This document shows, piece after piece, positions 13,805-24,754 of a stretch of 64,000 nt of DNA. The DNA lies in contig NIVC01002601.1 in the NCBI GenBank assembly GCA_002269645.1, forward strand, positions 62,001-126,000. Reading direction: 5' to 3'. The notes under the pieces were generated by a model, which saw only the letters and a program-made list of their open reading frames with translations, was not told the origin of the DNA and did not search any database. The position numbers and the translations under genes were made by a program. This DNA is from Macrostomum lignano (lineage: Eukaryota). Every line of letters starts with the position of its first letter. Within the stretch, counting starts at the first letter, position 1.

Positions 13805-14971
13805 GTGATCGCCTACCCCGGCTGGAGCAAGCAGGCCAACAGCTCCGCACTGGCCTCCATCGCATTCCTGTGGACGGTGTCTGCGGTGCTGGCCAGCCCC
13901 CTGGCCTGGTTCGCCAACCTGTACCCCGGCCCCACCAGTTCAGGCGCTGGCATGCTCACCTACTGCGGCGAGCTAGCGATCGAGTCCGTTCGCAAGCGCT
14001 GGAAGGTGGCGTACAGCGGCGCTGTGCTGCTGTTCCAGTACCTCATCCCGCTGCTGCTGGTCAGCGCTGCCTACGGCTCCGTGTGCCGCCGACTCAACCA
14101 GAAGGTTCAACGTCGAGGCGCGTCGCCAAAAACAACGGCGTTCCAGCAGCGCCGGCTGTACCTGGAGCAGCGACGCGGCCGACGGGCGAACATCGTCCTG
14201 CTGGTCATCGCGCTGGTGTTCGCCGTCTCCTGGCTGCCGCTGACCATCACCAATGTCGGCCACGACATCGCCGACCTGGGCGTGACGGCTCAGGTGAACA
14301 CCAGCGAAAATCTGCTAGCCGTGGCGGCGGCAGCGGCGGCTGCCGAGGGGTTGAACGCCACATCGGAGGCAGCCGCTATCGAGATCCAGGAGTTTCGCAA
14401 CCTCAACAAGGGCGTCCAGATGGAGAACAACTTGGCGAACATCTTCGTGTACACCTTCGCGCCGCAGCTGCTGATTCTGGTGTCCGCCTGCCTGAACCCC
14501 CTGCTGTACGGCTTCTTCAATTACAACTTCCAGGCCGAGTTCCAGCGACTCTACGACCGCCTGCGTCGGGCCGTCGGTCTCGGCCAGCGCGACGGCCACA
14601 GCGGCTTCGGCGGGGACCTCGGCGCTGCCGCAGCTACCGCCGCCGCCGCTGACGGGGCTGCCGGGACAGCCGGCTTTCCTGACGACAATGACGACGAGGT
14701 GTGCAGCCGCCACGGTCGGCGACATCGAAGGCGTCGCCGTCAGCAGCCGAACGTCGCTACGCAGCCGGACAGCCTCCTGCCCGACACATTTGGCGCCGAA
14801 GAATCAGTCGGCAGTCCGCCGGTGGCGAGCGGCGACGCCGCGGCGCAGCAGCTCCGCCGCGAGGCATTCATCGCCGAACTGGTGGACTTGGCGAACATCC
14901 CGCTGCTGGTGCAGGTGGCCGGCCGCGACCATCTGGAGCTGCGGCCGATGGGCGGCGCCGGTGAAGCTTGA
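13805..14971 (+). CDS. Neuropeptide Y/F receptor-like GPCR, exon 2 (TM4-TM7 and C-tail); full protein 549 aa
   Basis: Acceptor ccaaccag at 13804, phase 0, giving DRLQ|VIAYP as in NPY-family DRYxVIxYP. Also LWTVSAVLASP, LLFQYLIPL, FAVSWLPL and SACLNPLLYGFFNYNF (NPxxY). Confidence 0.93.
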   Translation: MIAYPGWSKQANSSALASIAFLWTVSAVLASPLAWFANLYPGPTSSGAGMLTYCGELAIESVRKRWKVAYSGAVLLFQYLIPLLLVSAAYGSVCRRLNQKVQRRGASPKTTAFQQRRLYLEQRRGRRANIVLLVIALVFAVSWLPLTITNVGHDIADLGVTAQVNTSENLLAVAAAAAAAEGLNATSEAAAIEIQEFRNLNKGVQMENNLANIFVYTFAPQLLILVSACLNPLLYGFFNYNFQAEFQRLYDRLRRAVGLGQRDGHSGFGGDLGAAAATAAAADGAAGTAGFPDDNDDEVCSRHGRRHRRRRRQQPNVATQPDSLLPDTFGAEESVGSPPVASGDAAAQQLRREAFIAELVDLANIPLLVQVAGRDHLELRPMGGAGEA

Positions 14972-15101
14972 GGAAAGCGATCGGGCCGGATGGACAATAA
15001 AGGACAACAAGTACTTTTTTAATGACCGACTTAGAATATCTACGAAGTTCATTGAATCTCTCGACACTCCAGTGGTCTCAGATTTCTCGTGGTCTCTCTC
15101 G

Positions 15102-17065
15102 GAAACTGCAACAGATCCCAATTGGAAATGCAGCAGATGCCAATTGGAAATGCAACAGATCCCAATTGGAAATGCAACAGATCCCAATTGGAAATGCAGC
15201 AGATGTTAATCGGAAATGCAACAGATCCCAATTGGAAATGCAGCAGATCCCAATTGGAAATGCAGCAGATCCCAATTGGAAATGCAACAGATCCCAATTG
15301 GAAATGCAGCAGATCCAAATTGGAAATTCAACAGATCCCAATTGGAAATGCAACAGATCCCAATTGGAAATGCAATAGATCCCAATAGGAAATGCAACAG
15401 ATGTTAATCGGAAATGCAACAGATCCCAATTGGAACTGCAATAGATCCCGACTGTAACTGCAACAGATCCCAATTGGAACTGCAATAGACCCCGACTGTA
15501 ACTGCAATAGACCCCGACTGTAACTGCAATAGATCCCGACTGTAACTGCAATAGATCCCGACTGTAACTGCAATAGACCCCGACTGTAACTGCAATAGAT
15601 CCCGACTGTAACTGCAATAGATCCCGACTGTAACTGCAATAGATCCCAACTGTAACTGCAATAGATCCCGACTGTAACTGCAATAGATCCCGACTGTAAC
15701 TGCAATAGATCCCGACTGTAACTGCAGAGATCCCGACTGTAACTGCAATAGATCCCGACTGTAACTGCAATAGATCCTGACTGTAACTGCAATAGATCCC
15801 GACTGTAACTGCAATAGATCCTGACTGTAACTGCAATAGATCCCGACTGTAACTGCAATAGATCCCGACTGTAACTGCAATAGATCCCAACTGTAACTGC
15901 AATAGATCCTGACTGTAACTGCAATAGATCCCGACTGTAACTGCAATAGATCCCGACTGTAACTGCAGAGATCCCAACTGTAACTGCAATAGATCCCGAC
16001 TGTAACTGCAATAGATCCTGACTGTAACTGCAATAGATCCGACTGTAACTGCAATAGATCCCGACTGTAACTGCAATAGATCCCAACTGTAACTGCAATA
16101 GATCCTGACTGTAACTGCAATAGATCCCAACTGTAACTGCAATAGATCCTGACTGTAACTGCAATAGATCCCAACTGTAACTGCAATAGATCCCGACTGT
16201 AACTGCAATAGATCCCGACTGTAACTGCAATAGATCCCAACTGTAACTGCAATAGATCCCGACTGTAACTGCAATAGATCCCGACTGTAGCTGCAATAGA
16301 TCCCGACTGTAACTGCAATAGATCCCAACTGTAACTGCAATAGATCCTGACTGTAACTGCAATAGATCCCAACTGTAACTGCAATAGATCCTGACTGTAA
16401 CTGCAATAGATCCCAACTGTAACTGCAATAGATCCCGACTGTAACTGCAATAGATCCCAACTGTAACTGCAATAGATCCCGACTGTAACTGCAATAGATC
16501 CCAACTGTAACTGCAATAGATCCCGACTGTAACTGCAATAGATCCCGACTGTAACTGAAATAGATCCCGACTGTAACTGCAATAGATCCCGACTGTAACT
16601 GCAATAGATCCTGACTGTAACTGCAATAGATCCCAACTGTAACTGCAATAGATCCTGACTGTAACTGCAATAGATCCCAACTGTAACTGCAATAGATCCT
16701 GACTGTAACTGCAATAGATCCCAACTGTAACTGCAATAGATCCCGACTGTAACTGCAATAGATCCCAACTGTAACTGCAATAGATCCCGACTGTAACTGC
16801 AATAGATCCCAACTGTAACTGCAATAGATCCCGACTGTAACTGCAATAGATCCCAACTGTAACTGCAATAGATCCCGACTGTAACTGCAATAGATCCCAA
16901 CTGTAACTGCAATAGATCCCGACTGTAACTGCAATAGATCCCGACTGTAACTGAAATAGATCCCGACTGTAACTGCAATAGATCCCGACTGTAACTGCAA
17001 TAGATCCTGACTGTAACTGCAATAGATCCCGACTGTAACTGCAATAGATCCCAACTGTAACTGAA
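15102..17065. repeat. 22-bp minisatellite changing from GATCCCAATTGGAAATGCAACA to GATCCCGACTGTAACTGCAATA
   Basis: 22-bp period throughout; the unit changes at about 15430-15480. Confidence 0.97.
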
Positions 17066-17664
17066 ATATCTCATTGGACTATGTATAGAAATTGCATCAG
17101 CTTCAGTAAAAAAATTAATAGATTTTAAGCGAATGCAGCAATATGAAATCAGTAATTAATATGAATACCACAATTTATTTATTACCAATATCGATATCGA
17201 TATTGCAATACATTATTATCGATCTCGTGGGATACTTTTGTCAATTTTTTTCCGATTCGTCAGAATATTTTTCTCTTGTATAGATTACGCTTTTAAACAG
17301 AATTTACGGCAAGTTTGAGTCGCCGAGGCACAAATATTCGTCTGTAAAATTTCCCAGCTTTTATCACAATATTTTCACTCATTAACCCAAGCTCCTGTTG
17401 AATTAAAATGATTGACAGGAATCATTATTTTTAGAAAAATTGTTTTAATGCATTAAAATAAAAAATAAAAAGTTCATGGTCAAGTTTTGATTTGCATCGG
17501 ATATATTAATAATTATATTATGGCAAGGCAATTGAATCTTCAACTTTTTATTGGTTCTCAACGATAAAACGTTGCAAAACCCATCAGATTAAGCTGAAAT
17601 AAACCGGAACTAGGTCGTCCTCTACTGCAGTTTACAGTACACAATATACTTTTACTTATGTGTA

Positions 17665-17980
17665 ATGATAATAATAATAATAAGAAAGTAATAATTGATT
17701 ACACCTGCCCCAATGGGCAGATGTGCAACCGACAGCTCAGCCGCAGCTATTGCGCGGCGCATCTGAAGGCTGCGTACGGCTGTTCAGTCCAAGGACTGGG
17801 GTAAAGGGATGGGGTTGCCACACACAGCCTCAATCACCCCAGCTAATGCTGGCACCCATTTTACAGCTGGGTGAACTGAAGCAATGCTGAGTTAAGTGTC
17901 TTGCTTAAGGAGTTGGTCGAGAATCGAACCCCCGACCTTTCAGTAGTGAGTCCGACGCTCCAACCACTGGGCTACAACCC
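17665..17980 (-). mobile_element. tRNA-derived SINE with a CORE/Nin/Deu-like conserved central domain and (TTA)n tail
   Basis: On the minus strand: A box TAGCCCAGTGG (17974-17964), B box GGTTCGATTC (17930-17921), then CCTTAAGCAAGACACTTAACTC...GCTTCAGTTCACCCAGCTGTAAAATGGGTGCC, then a TTA-rich tail at about 17700-17665. Confidence 0.85.
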
Positions 17981-18764
17981 CCCCCCCCTACAGTGCACGT
18001 TTCTCTTACTGCGATGACTCAATTTATTACATGTAACTACAGTTTACAACGCTCACTCTACTACTGTACACAGGACTTCAGTTTTTTAAAACAACGCCTC
18101 AACACACGCACAACGCAGTCATGTACATTTGCACGGCCGCAACTGTAAATCGTTGAAAACGAGGTTCAACTGCGCATATTCTAAAAGTACGCCAGTGTAT
18201 CCATTTGAAAAGTCGTTTTATTGTAAACAAAGTTAATGACAGCCAGAAAGAGAGGTTTCTTATAAACTGTTACCACTGCCAATGCCGTGCAGAGAAACAG
18301 TTACAAGAATTATTTTCTTCGGAGAAGCAAGAACACAGAATACACGGCAGGAAAACTGGTAAACCTGATTGATTTTCTACTTTGGGTGAGATGGGTGACT
18401 CAAGCAATGCGAGTTATTTTCCCCTCTCCGGCCATGGAGTTCAGAGGGGTAGCTGCTAATGTTACGTAATGATGCAGTGAAGCTGGTGTGGACAGAAAAA
18501 ACCCATAGGCTTGGTTGGGGAAAGCAAAAAGAGGGGTTCCCATTGGTACGTGCTTGCGAAGCTGAGGGAGAAGTGCACAGTGAAGTCAGCGGGTGACCCC
18601 AACTCGTCAACTCAAAAAGGCTTGCTCTAGACAAGGCAGATCGTAACTATAGTGACTTCTCATTCAGGAATATATTGTATAGTGTATTAACCTGCATACA
18701 TCTCCTGCTACACTTGAATTTCGGTTGCAAAGTTCGGGTAAGCAGAGGAGAACAGGAGAGAAGA

Positions 18765-19458
18765 TATGAGTAGATAAGCCCTGAGATGGGGAGTAGATAA
18801 GCACTGAGATGGGGGTGGATAAGCACTGGGATAGGGAGTGGATAAGCACTGAGATGGGGAGTGGATAAGCACTGAGATAGGGAGTAGATAAGCACTGGGA
18901 TAGGGAGTAGATAAGCACTGAGATGCGGAATAGATAAGCACTGGGATAGGGAGTGGATAAGCACTGAGATAGGGAGTAGATAAGCACTGGGATAGGGAGT
19001 AGATAAGCACTGAGATGCGGAATAGATAAGCACTGGGATAGGGAGTGGATAAGCACTGGGATAGGGAGTGGATAAGCACTGGGATAGGGAGTAGATAAGC
19101 ACTGAGATGCGGAATAGATAAGCACTGGGATAGGGAGTGGATAAGCACTGGGATAGGGAGTGGATAAGCACTGGGATAGGGAGTAGATAAGCACTGAGAT
19201 GGGGAGTGGATAAGCACTGGGATAGGGAGTGGATAAGCACTGGGATAGGGAGTTGATAAGCACTGGGATAGGGAGTGGATAAGCACTGAGATGGGGAGTG
19301 GATAAGCACTGGGATAGGGAGTGGATAAGCACTGGGATAGGGAGTTGATAAGCACTGGGATAGGGAGTGGATAAGCACTGGGATAGGGAGTTGATAAGCA
19401 CTGGGATAGGGAGTGGATAAGCACTGGGATAGGGAGTGGATAAGCACTGGGATAGGGA
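18765..19458. repeat. 23-bp minisatellite (GGATAAGCACTGGGATAGGGAGT)
   Basis: gataagc recurs at 19324 and 19347; the array ends about 35 nt before the acceptor preceding ATG 19493. Confidence 0.95.
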
Positions 19459-19492
19459 ATGGCAAAGCTAACCACACGGATTCTGCTTGCAG

Positions 19493-19722
19493 ATGGGAAA
19501 CTGCATTCAGAAGCAGCGGGAACGCGAACTGGCTAAGCGGGCGCTCCGACGCGACGAGTTGGTGAAATTCTTTCTTGACAGGGACTTCGAAGTCCGTGAC
19601 GCGCAGCAGGGTTCGCGACAGACAGGCGGATCAAAAATCAGAGAGCAGGTGCCGAAACAAATTGATAAGGACGGCAAAGCTGTCGATCAAGTCGGGGGTA
19701 GTCCTGCTCGAGTTGTCAATTC
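19493..19722 (+). CDS. Uncharacterised protein with an N-terminal MGNC acylation motif, exon 1
   Basis: ttctgcttgcag|ATG GGA AAC TGC; MGNCIQKQRERELAKRALRRDELVKFFLDRDFEVRD. Consensus donor TC|GTGAGT at 19723, phase 2. Confidence 0.65.
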
Positions 19723-19739
19723 GTGAGTCTTCACTAATC

Positions 19740-20255
19740 CCTCGGGGGAATCCCATCTCTGACAGTTCTCTGGGGGGAATCCCATCTCCGACAGTTCCCT
19801 GGGGGAATCCCCTCTCCGACAGTTCCCTCGGGGGAATCCCCTCCGACAGTTCCCTCGAGGGAATCCCCTCTCCGACAGTTCCCTCGGGGGAATCCCCTCT
19901 CCGAGAGTTCCCTCGGGGGGATCCCCTCTCCGACAGTTCCCTCGGGGGAATCCCCTCCGACAGTTCCCTCGCGGGAATCCCATCTCTGACAGTTCTCTGG
20001 GGGGAATCCCATCTCTGACAGTTCTCTGGGGGGAATCCCATCTCCGACAGTTCCCTGGGGGAATCCCCTCTCCGACAGTTCCCTGGGGGAATCCCCTCTC
20101 CGACAGTTCCCTCGGGGGAATCCCCTCTCCGACAGTTCCCTCGGGGGAATCCCCTCCGACAGTTCCCTCGAGGGAATTCCCTCTCCGACAGTTCCCTGGG
20201 GGGAATCCCTTTTTGACCGTTCCCTCGGGGGAATCCCTCTTTGACAGTTCCCTGT
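19740..20255. repeat. 27-29-bp minisatellite (CCGACAGTTCCCTCGGGGGAATCCCCTCT) filling the intron
   Basis: cgacag recurs at 20101, 20130 and 20157. The unit contains the palindromic TTCCC-tcg-GGGAA. Confidence 0.95.
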
Positions 20256-20324
20256 GGTTGGAGATTCCCGTCTCCCGGTTGGGAGTTCTCGATAGTGGTT
20301 ATTACAAAACAAAAACACTCGCAG

Positions 20325-20715
20325 ATCGTCGCGCGATTCGCCAGCCGGCGGGCCCGAGTTCGGAGACGCGGTTTTGGCCGTGGCGACGGCCGCCGCTGCG
20401 GTGACATCGGCGGGTGCTCCGGCCGGCAGCTGGCGCTTGACGGACAGGCAGCGGGAGGCTACTTTGTACGCGATGGAAAACGACGGCATTGAGAGGCTGC
20501 ACGAAAACGATGAGATGCAGCTGGAACAGCGTAGGGAGCGGGCGCGAAGGGAGGAGCGCCTCGAGGGCATCGGCGTATCTGGCGGAGGCGGAGGAGGAGG
20601 AGGAGCGATAAGTGGAGGTCATTCTCCTTACTCTTATTTTGGGATTCCCTTTCCCGATAAATATCTTGATAGTTTTTTATCTCTTCTTTCTATATTTTTG
20701 GAATCTCCTTTCTAA
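20325..20715 (+). CDS. Uncharacterised MGNC protein, exon 2 (total 206 aa if terminal)
   Basis: Acceptor ctcgcag at 20324. The phase-2 join (tc+a) puts the exon in the frame of ORF 20374-20715 (WRLTDRQREATLYAMENDGIERLHENDEMQLEQRRERARREERLEG). The 3' end is uncertain. Confidence 0.6.
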
Positions 20716-20749
20716 ACTCCATTTAAATTTTGGAATCTCTTCGCGTCTT

Positions 20750-21140
20750 GTTGCTGGGTATCCCCTTCCAGGTCAATATTCTGGGAATTCGGTTTGCAAT
20801 CAATTTTCTAGGGAATTCGGTTTCCGATAAATATTCTGGGAATCTCCTTTCCAATCAATATTCGAATCTCCTTCCCGATCAATATTCTGGGAATCCCCTT
20901 CCCGATCAATATTCGCGGAATTCCTTAACCGATCAATATTTTGGGAATCCCCTTCCAGATCGATATTCTGGGAATCTTCTAACCGATCAATATTCTGGAA
21001 ATCTCCTAACCGATCAATATTCTGGGAATCTCCAAACCGATAAATATTCTGGAAATCCTCTTCCCAATCGTTATTTTGGGAATCCTCTTTCGTATCACTA
21101 TACAATTCCTAATCATTACTTTGGGAGCTCCTTTCCCGAT
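20750..21140. repeat. Degenerate 27-bp minisatellite (CCGATCAATATTCTGGGAATCCCCTTC)
   Basis: aatatt recurs at 20881, 20908 and 20935. Confidence 0.85.
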
Positions 21141-24100
21141 TAATACACTCGTACTTTAGGAAACCCCTGCTCAAACCTTTCTTTAGAATTTTCTTTCAGA
21201 TCCGTAATCTATCTGTATGTGCATCTCTGCTCATCTCGGGCCAATTATAAAAATCATCATCCTAGTCTCACCCCTAGCCCCTAGCCCCTTATTTTTCTCA
21301 TTCCCCACCCAATGCACTCATTTTCACTGCAGAATATCTCCCCTAGAGGTGCCAACACGGCTACAATCTTGGCACACCTACAAGACGCAACCCGTAGTTT
21401 GCTCTTTCAGTTTATTTCCTGTTTACACTGGTTCTGCCTGATCAAACGGGAAGAAAAATATCAAGAAAATCCCAGCGAATGCGCAGAACATAGTTGGTAC
21501 AAAATTCACAGCCTTGAAATAATTTTTTTTGCCCACTTTCTCCTTCATATTTTCATGTTTGTCTTCCTTAGCTCTCTGGCTCACGGGTGAGTTGCTGAGA
21601 TGTCAATACTCATGGAGGAATCGCTGAAATGCTTTGGCTTATGGGGTTGCTGATGGAGATACCAAGGGTCAACTGGGAGTTGTTGGTAGGCCAAGCATTA
21701 AAGGGAGAGCTAGGGTTGAGCCATGGTTTAAAGGGTTGCTTTGACGCCAAAGCTCACTGGGGATGCTGATATCTTAGGCTAGATATAGCTGGCTTTCAGG
21801 ATAGGTGCTTTTTTGCTTTAAACATCATTTTCGTTAGGAAACTAACAATAGCGGCTGTACAAGGTCAAGAGCTACATGTAGTTTATACAACAGTTTTTAT
21901 TTATTTCTTTCTTGCCTCCCCAACAGGTGGGCCCGTAGGTCGCTCGTAAGGTGCTAATTTTGTAGGACCAAGTTGAGAAAGACGGAGAGGGGGTCTATAT
22001 GCACCTACGGGAGGAGAAATCCTTGACAGAAATAAGAGCTTTGAAGCCATTTTCCGCAGGCTGTCTGCTTCTGGAAGAGGATGTCGTTTTTCATCCGCTG
22101 CTTTTGAGCCCGTTCGGGTGATGGCAGAATGTCAGACGGAGAAAACCTTAAAATCCTTTGACTGCAGGTCTTTCTTCTCTTTTTTAACCTATACACGCGG
22201 TATACTGCAAGGGTTCTCAATTCGTCACATTTTCATCGCTAACCGGGGCAAGTATTCAAAGGTCATCTAATTGGGGGAATCCATATTGCACTTTTAGTTA
22301 GTCATATTTAGCCATTTGATAGCATATACACGGCATAATATAAGTATGCATATTTCTCATTTTTTTCACCTGCTCATTTCTTTCGAGCCACCTGCTCCGT
22401 CTCTCTCTCCCGGCCCTCTCTCTCATCTGGTGATAACTGCAGCAAAGAAAAAAAAGATTTATGGCATTCAAACGTCTAAAGCAGTATTCAAAGCGAGTTG
22501 ACTTAATTTAGTACAACAGCACTCGTGCAAGAATTCAGATATTGGATAAAGTGCAATAATAACTGCTTCATATGAAATAATAATATAACAATTATAACTG
22601 CTTCATATGAAATCAACAATAATAACTGCACCAATTATTAACAAATGTAGAGTAAAATTTTTAAGGTAGTGTGAGTGTGTGCAGTGGATAAGGAAAATTG
22701 GGAAGCTGGAAGTTGGGCAAAAATATCAAATATGGGGGTTGTTGGGCTATATACGCGTGTACAGGAAAATGGAAATTACCTAGAAAATCACACTGCTCGA
22801 GAGAATACCAAAGAAGGGATATTATAACAATCTATCTTAAAATGCATGTACTAATCATAGTAAAAAATCTTGAAAATTAATTTTTCAGCTCCGTCAAACG
22901 CCGCCATCTCTAGCAGTTTCCATGGAACCCCCAGTACGCCGGCATTTTCGCGGCACGTCAGCTTCGCCGTGATCGGACACCGGCGTGGACTTGTTTGAAT
23001 TAGTTAAGCTTTGTTGCCTGTTTCAAGGGCGACTTAAGTTAAACGCTTTAGCGTTTTAACCTAAGTTTTTAGTTGTTGACTTCACGGTTTATTAATCTAT
23101 ATAATTAAGATGTTATGAACATCGGATAATGCACAAATTGAAGCAAAACATTAAATATCTATTAAATTCATTTTACCAGTAGACTCATTCATGCTGTAAG
23201 TGTATATAATAAGCTACTTTATTATAATATGCAGGGTTCAAGGTCGAAGCATTAACTATACAGTTTTTTTTCAAGGGCTCTACTTAAGTTTCTAATGCGT
23301 TGATTGCTTCAAGTTCGTAACTTGATAATTTATTCCATTCAGCTAGAAGAGAAGCCACGCAGTATGAAAAAAGACATCCTGTATGAAACATATATAATTA
23401 AATATACTAAATATTAAATAAATATATTGTGATTTTTCATTTTTATATTATAACTGAAGCTAGTCTGCAAACTGTCGTTTTAATGAAAAATCAAACACAC
23501 GAAACGGTTTTGGCACATATTTAATTATTTGCTAAATTTGCGTGCATTTCCTAGAATCCGAAACGACTTCGAAAACTAGCGCTAACTAGATTTTGAACTA
23601 TTTCATTAGTTGAAGTCTTCCTTTAACGGACAATTATTCAAATAATTTGCTAAGCTTTAACATCAAATGTTTCTTAGACAAAAAGATAGATACCAACCAA
23701 CAAACCTTTTTTAGTATATTGGATCTAAAACTTAAAAATGGTAACTATTTAACTATTTTTTAACATTGAGTCAAACATTTTGCAATTCTTATTATAAAAA
23801 ATTATTCCTTTTAGAACTAGAAGTCATACTGGTATATATAAAAAGCACATTCAATTTATTTGGTTTTGATTTTTTTATTTAAAATACAAGAATATCAAAA
23901 GGCTATTGCTAACTTTCTCATTGATGCTACACACTAAAGTGGCAATAAAATTTAATAGGTGGATATTTTTTAAAGTTCTTGAACAAAACCTAAATTACAA
24001 TTTTATCTCATATTTTCTAAGAAGATCTAGGTAGGTACTATCTTTTAGCAGAGCATTTCAAAGCCTTTTTATTATTAAATGTCTTATCTCAACTTGTTTA

Positions 24101-24249
24101 ATATACTTACTGGTATATAGTAAATTTTTTAGATAGAATTCAAATTCAAATATTTATTTACTAATGTTTATGAAAACAAAACAGTCTATAGACCTACTAA
24201 CTTTTTCAAATTTTATCTTCCAAAACCCTGATTAGATAGCCAGTGACTT

Positions 24250-24365
24250 AATGGGGAATTGCTCAATCAGCTGACCAATGACTCAATGGGGAATTGCTCA
24301 ATCAGCTGACCAATGACTCAATAGAGAATCGCTCAATCAGCTAACCAAAGCCTCAATTGGGAATT
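24250..24365. repeat. Short 35-bp tandem repeat (about 3 copies; AATGGGGAATTGCTCAATCAGCTGACCAATGACTC)
   Basis: atgggg recurs at 24251 and 24286; it lies just upstream of the SLC12A8 start. Confidence 0.85.
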
Positions 24366-24406
24366 TCAGACATTGACTTGGCCTCAGAGCTGACAGCTAG
24401 TTTCAA

Positions 24407-24679
24407 ATGAGCGAGCGAACCAGCCTACTGGCAGATTCGACAGTCAGTAGTAATGGCGGCGCATCAACTCACGGCTTCTATCGCTACGATGGTGACAATC
24501 AGCCTGCAGGCCACCAGGACCCAGTTCGCGACAATGAACTGTTCAAAGAGGTCGGCAACGACAGTCAGGACCAGCTGGGGCCGTGGTGGAAAGCAAATTT
24601 TCTCATTACAGAAAGAGTCAAATTTGGTCCGTGGGATGGCGTCTTCACGAGCTGCATGATGAACATATTTGGCACTGTG
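24407..24679 (+). CDS. SLC12A8: Solute carrier family 12 member 8 (CCC9), coding exon 1
   Basis: PWWK..F...ERVKFGPWDGVFTSCMMNIFG matches the SLC12A8 N-terminal signature (PWWK...FGTWDGVFTSCMINIFG). Donor GTG|GTATGC at 24680, phase 0. Confidence 0.95.
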
Positions 24680-24754
24680 GTATGCTGTTGGGCTTTGGGG
24701 CTGTCTTCAAACCAGTATAAATATTAAATTTAGTCAGCCACTTAATGTAGTCCT

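Noticed and set aside
17735-17790. Similarity of the SINE 3' part to the RTE 3' end (gtacgcagc...tcagatg) and to the LOA 3' UTR (ctatt.cgcggcgc)
   Set aside because: The matches are short, gapped and in the wrong orientation for a shared SINE-LINE tail.
18240-18660. Unique GC-moderate island with short ORFs
   Set aside because: Stops occur in all frames, and no recognisable protein or splice-consistent exon was found.
15078-19477. ORFs of 245-658 aa in several frames
   Set aside because: They are open simply because the 22- and 23-bp units lack stops on that strand; multiple overlapping frames are equally open.
21900-22230. Strong plus-strand acceptor at 21926 and a 71-aa minus ORF
   Set aside because: All three frames close within 30 nt after the acceptor. 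At most it is a non-coding exon, and it is not assignable.
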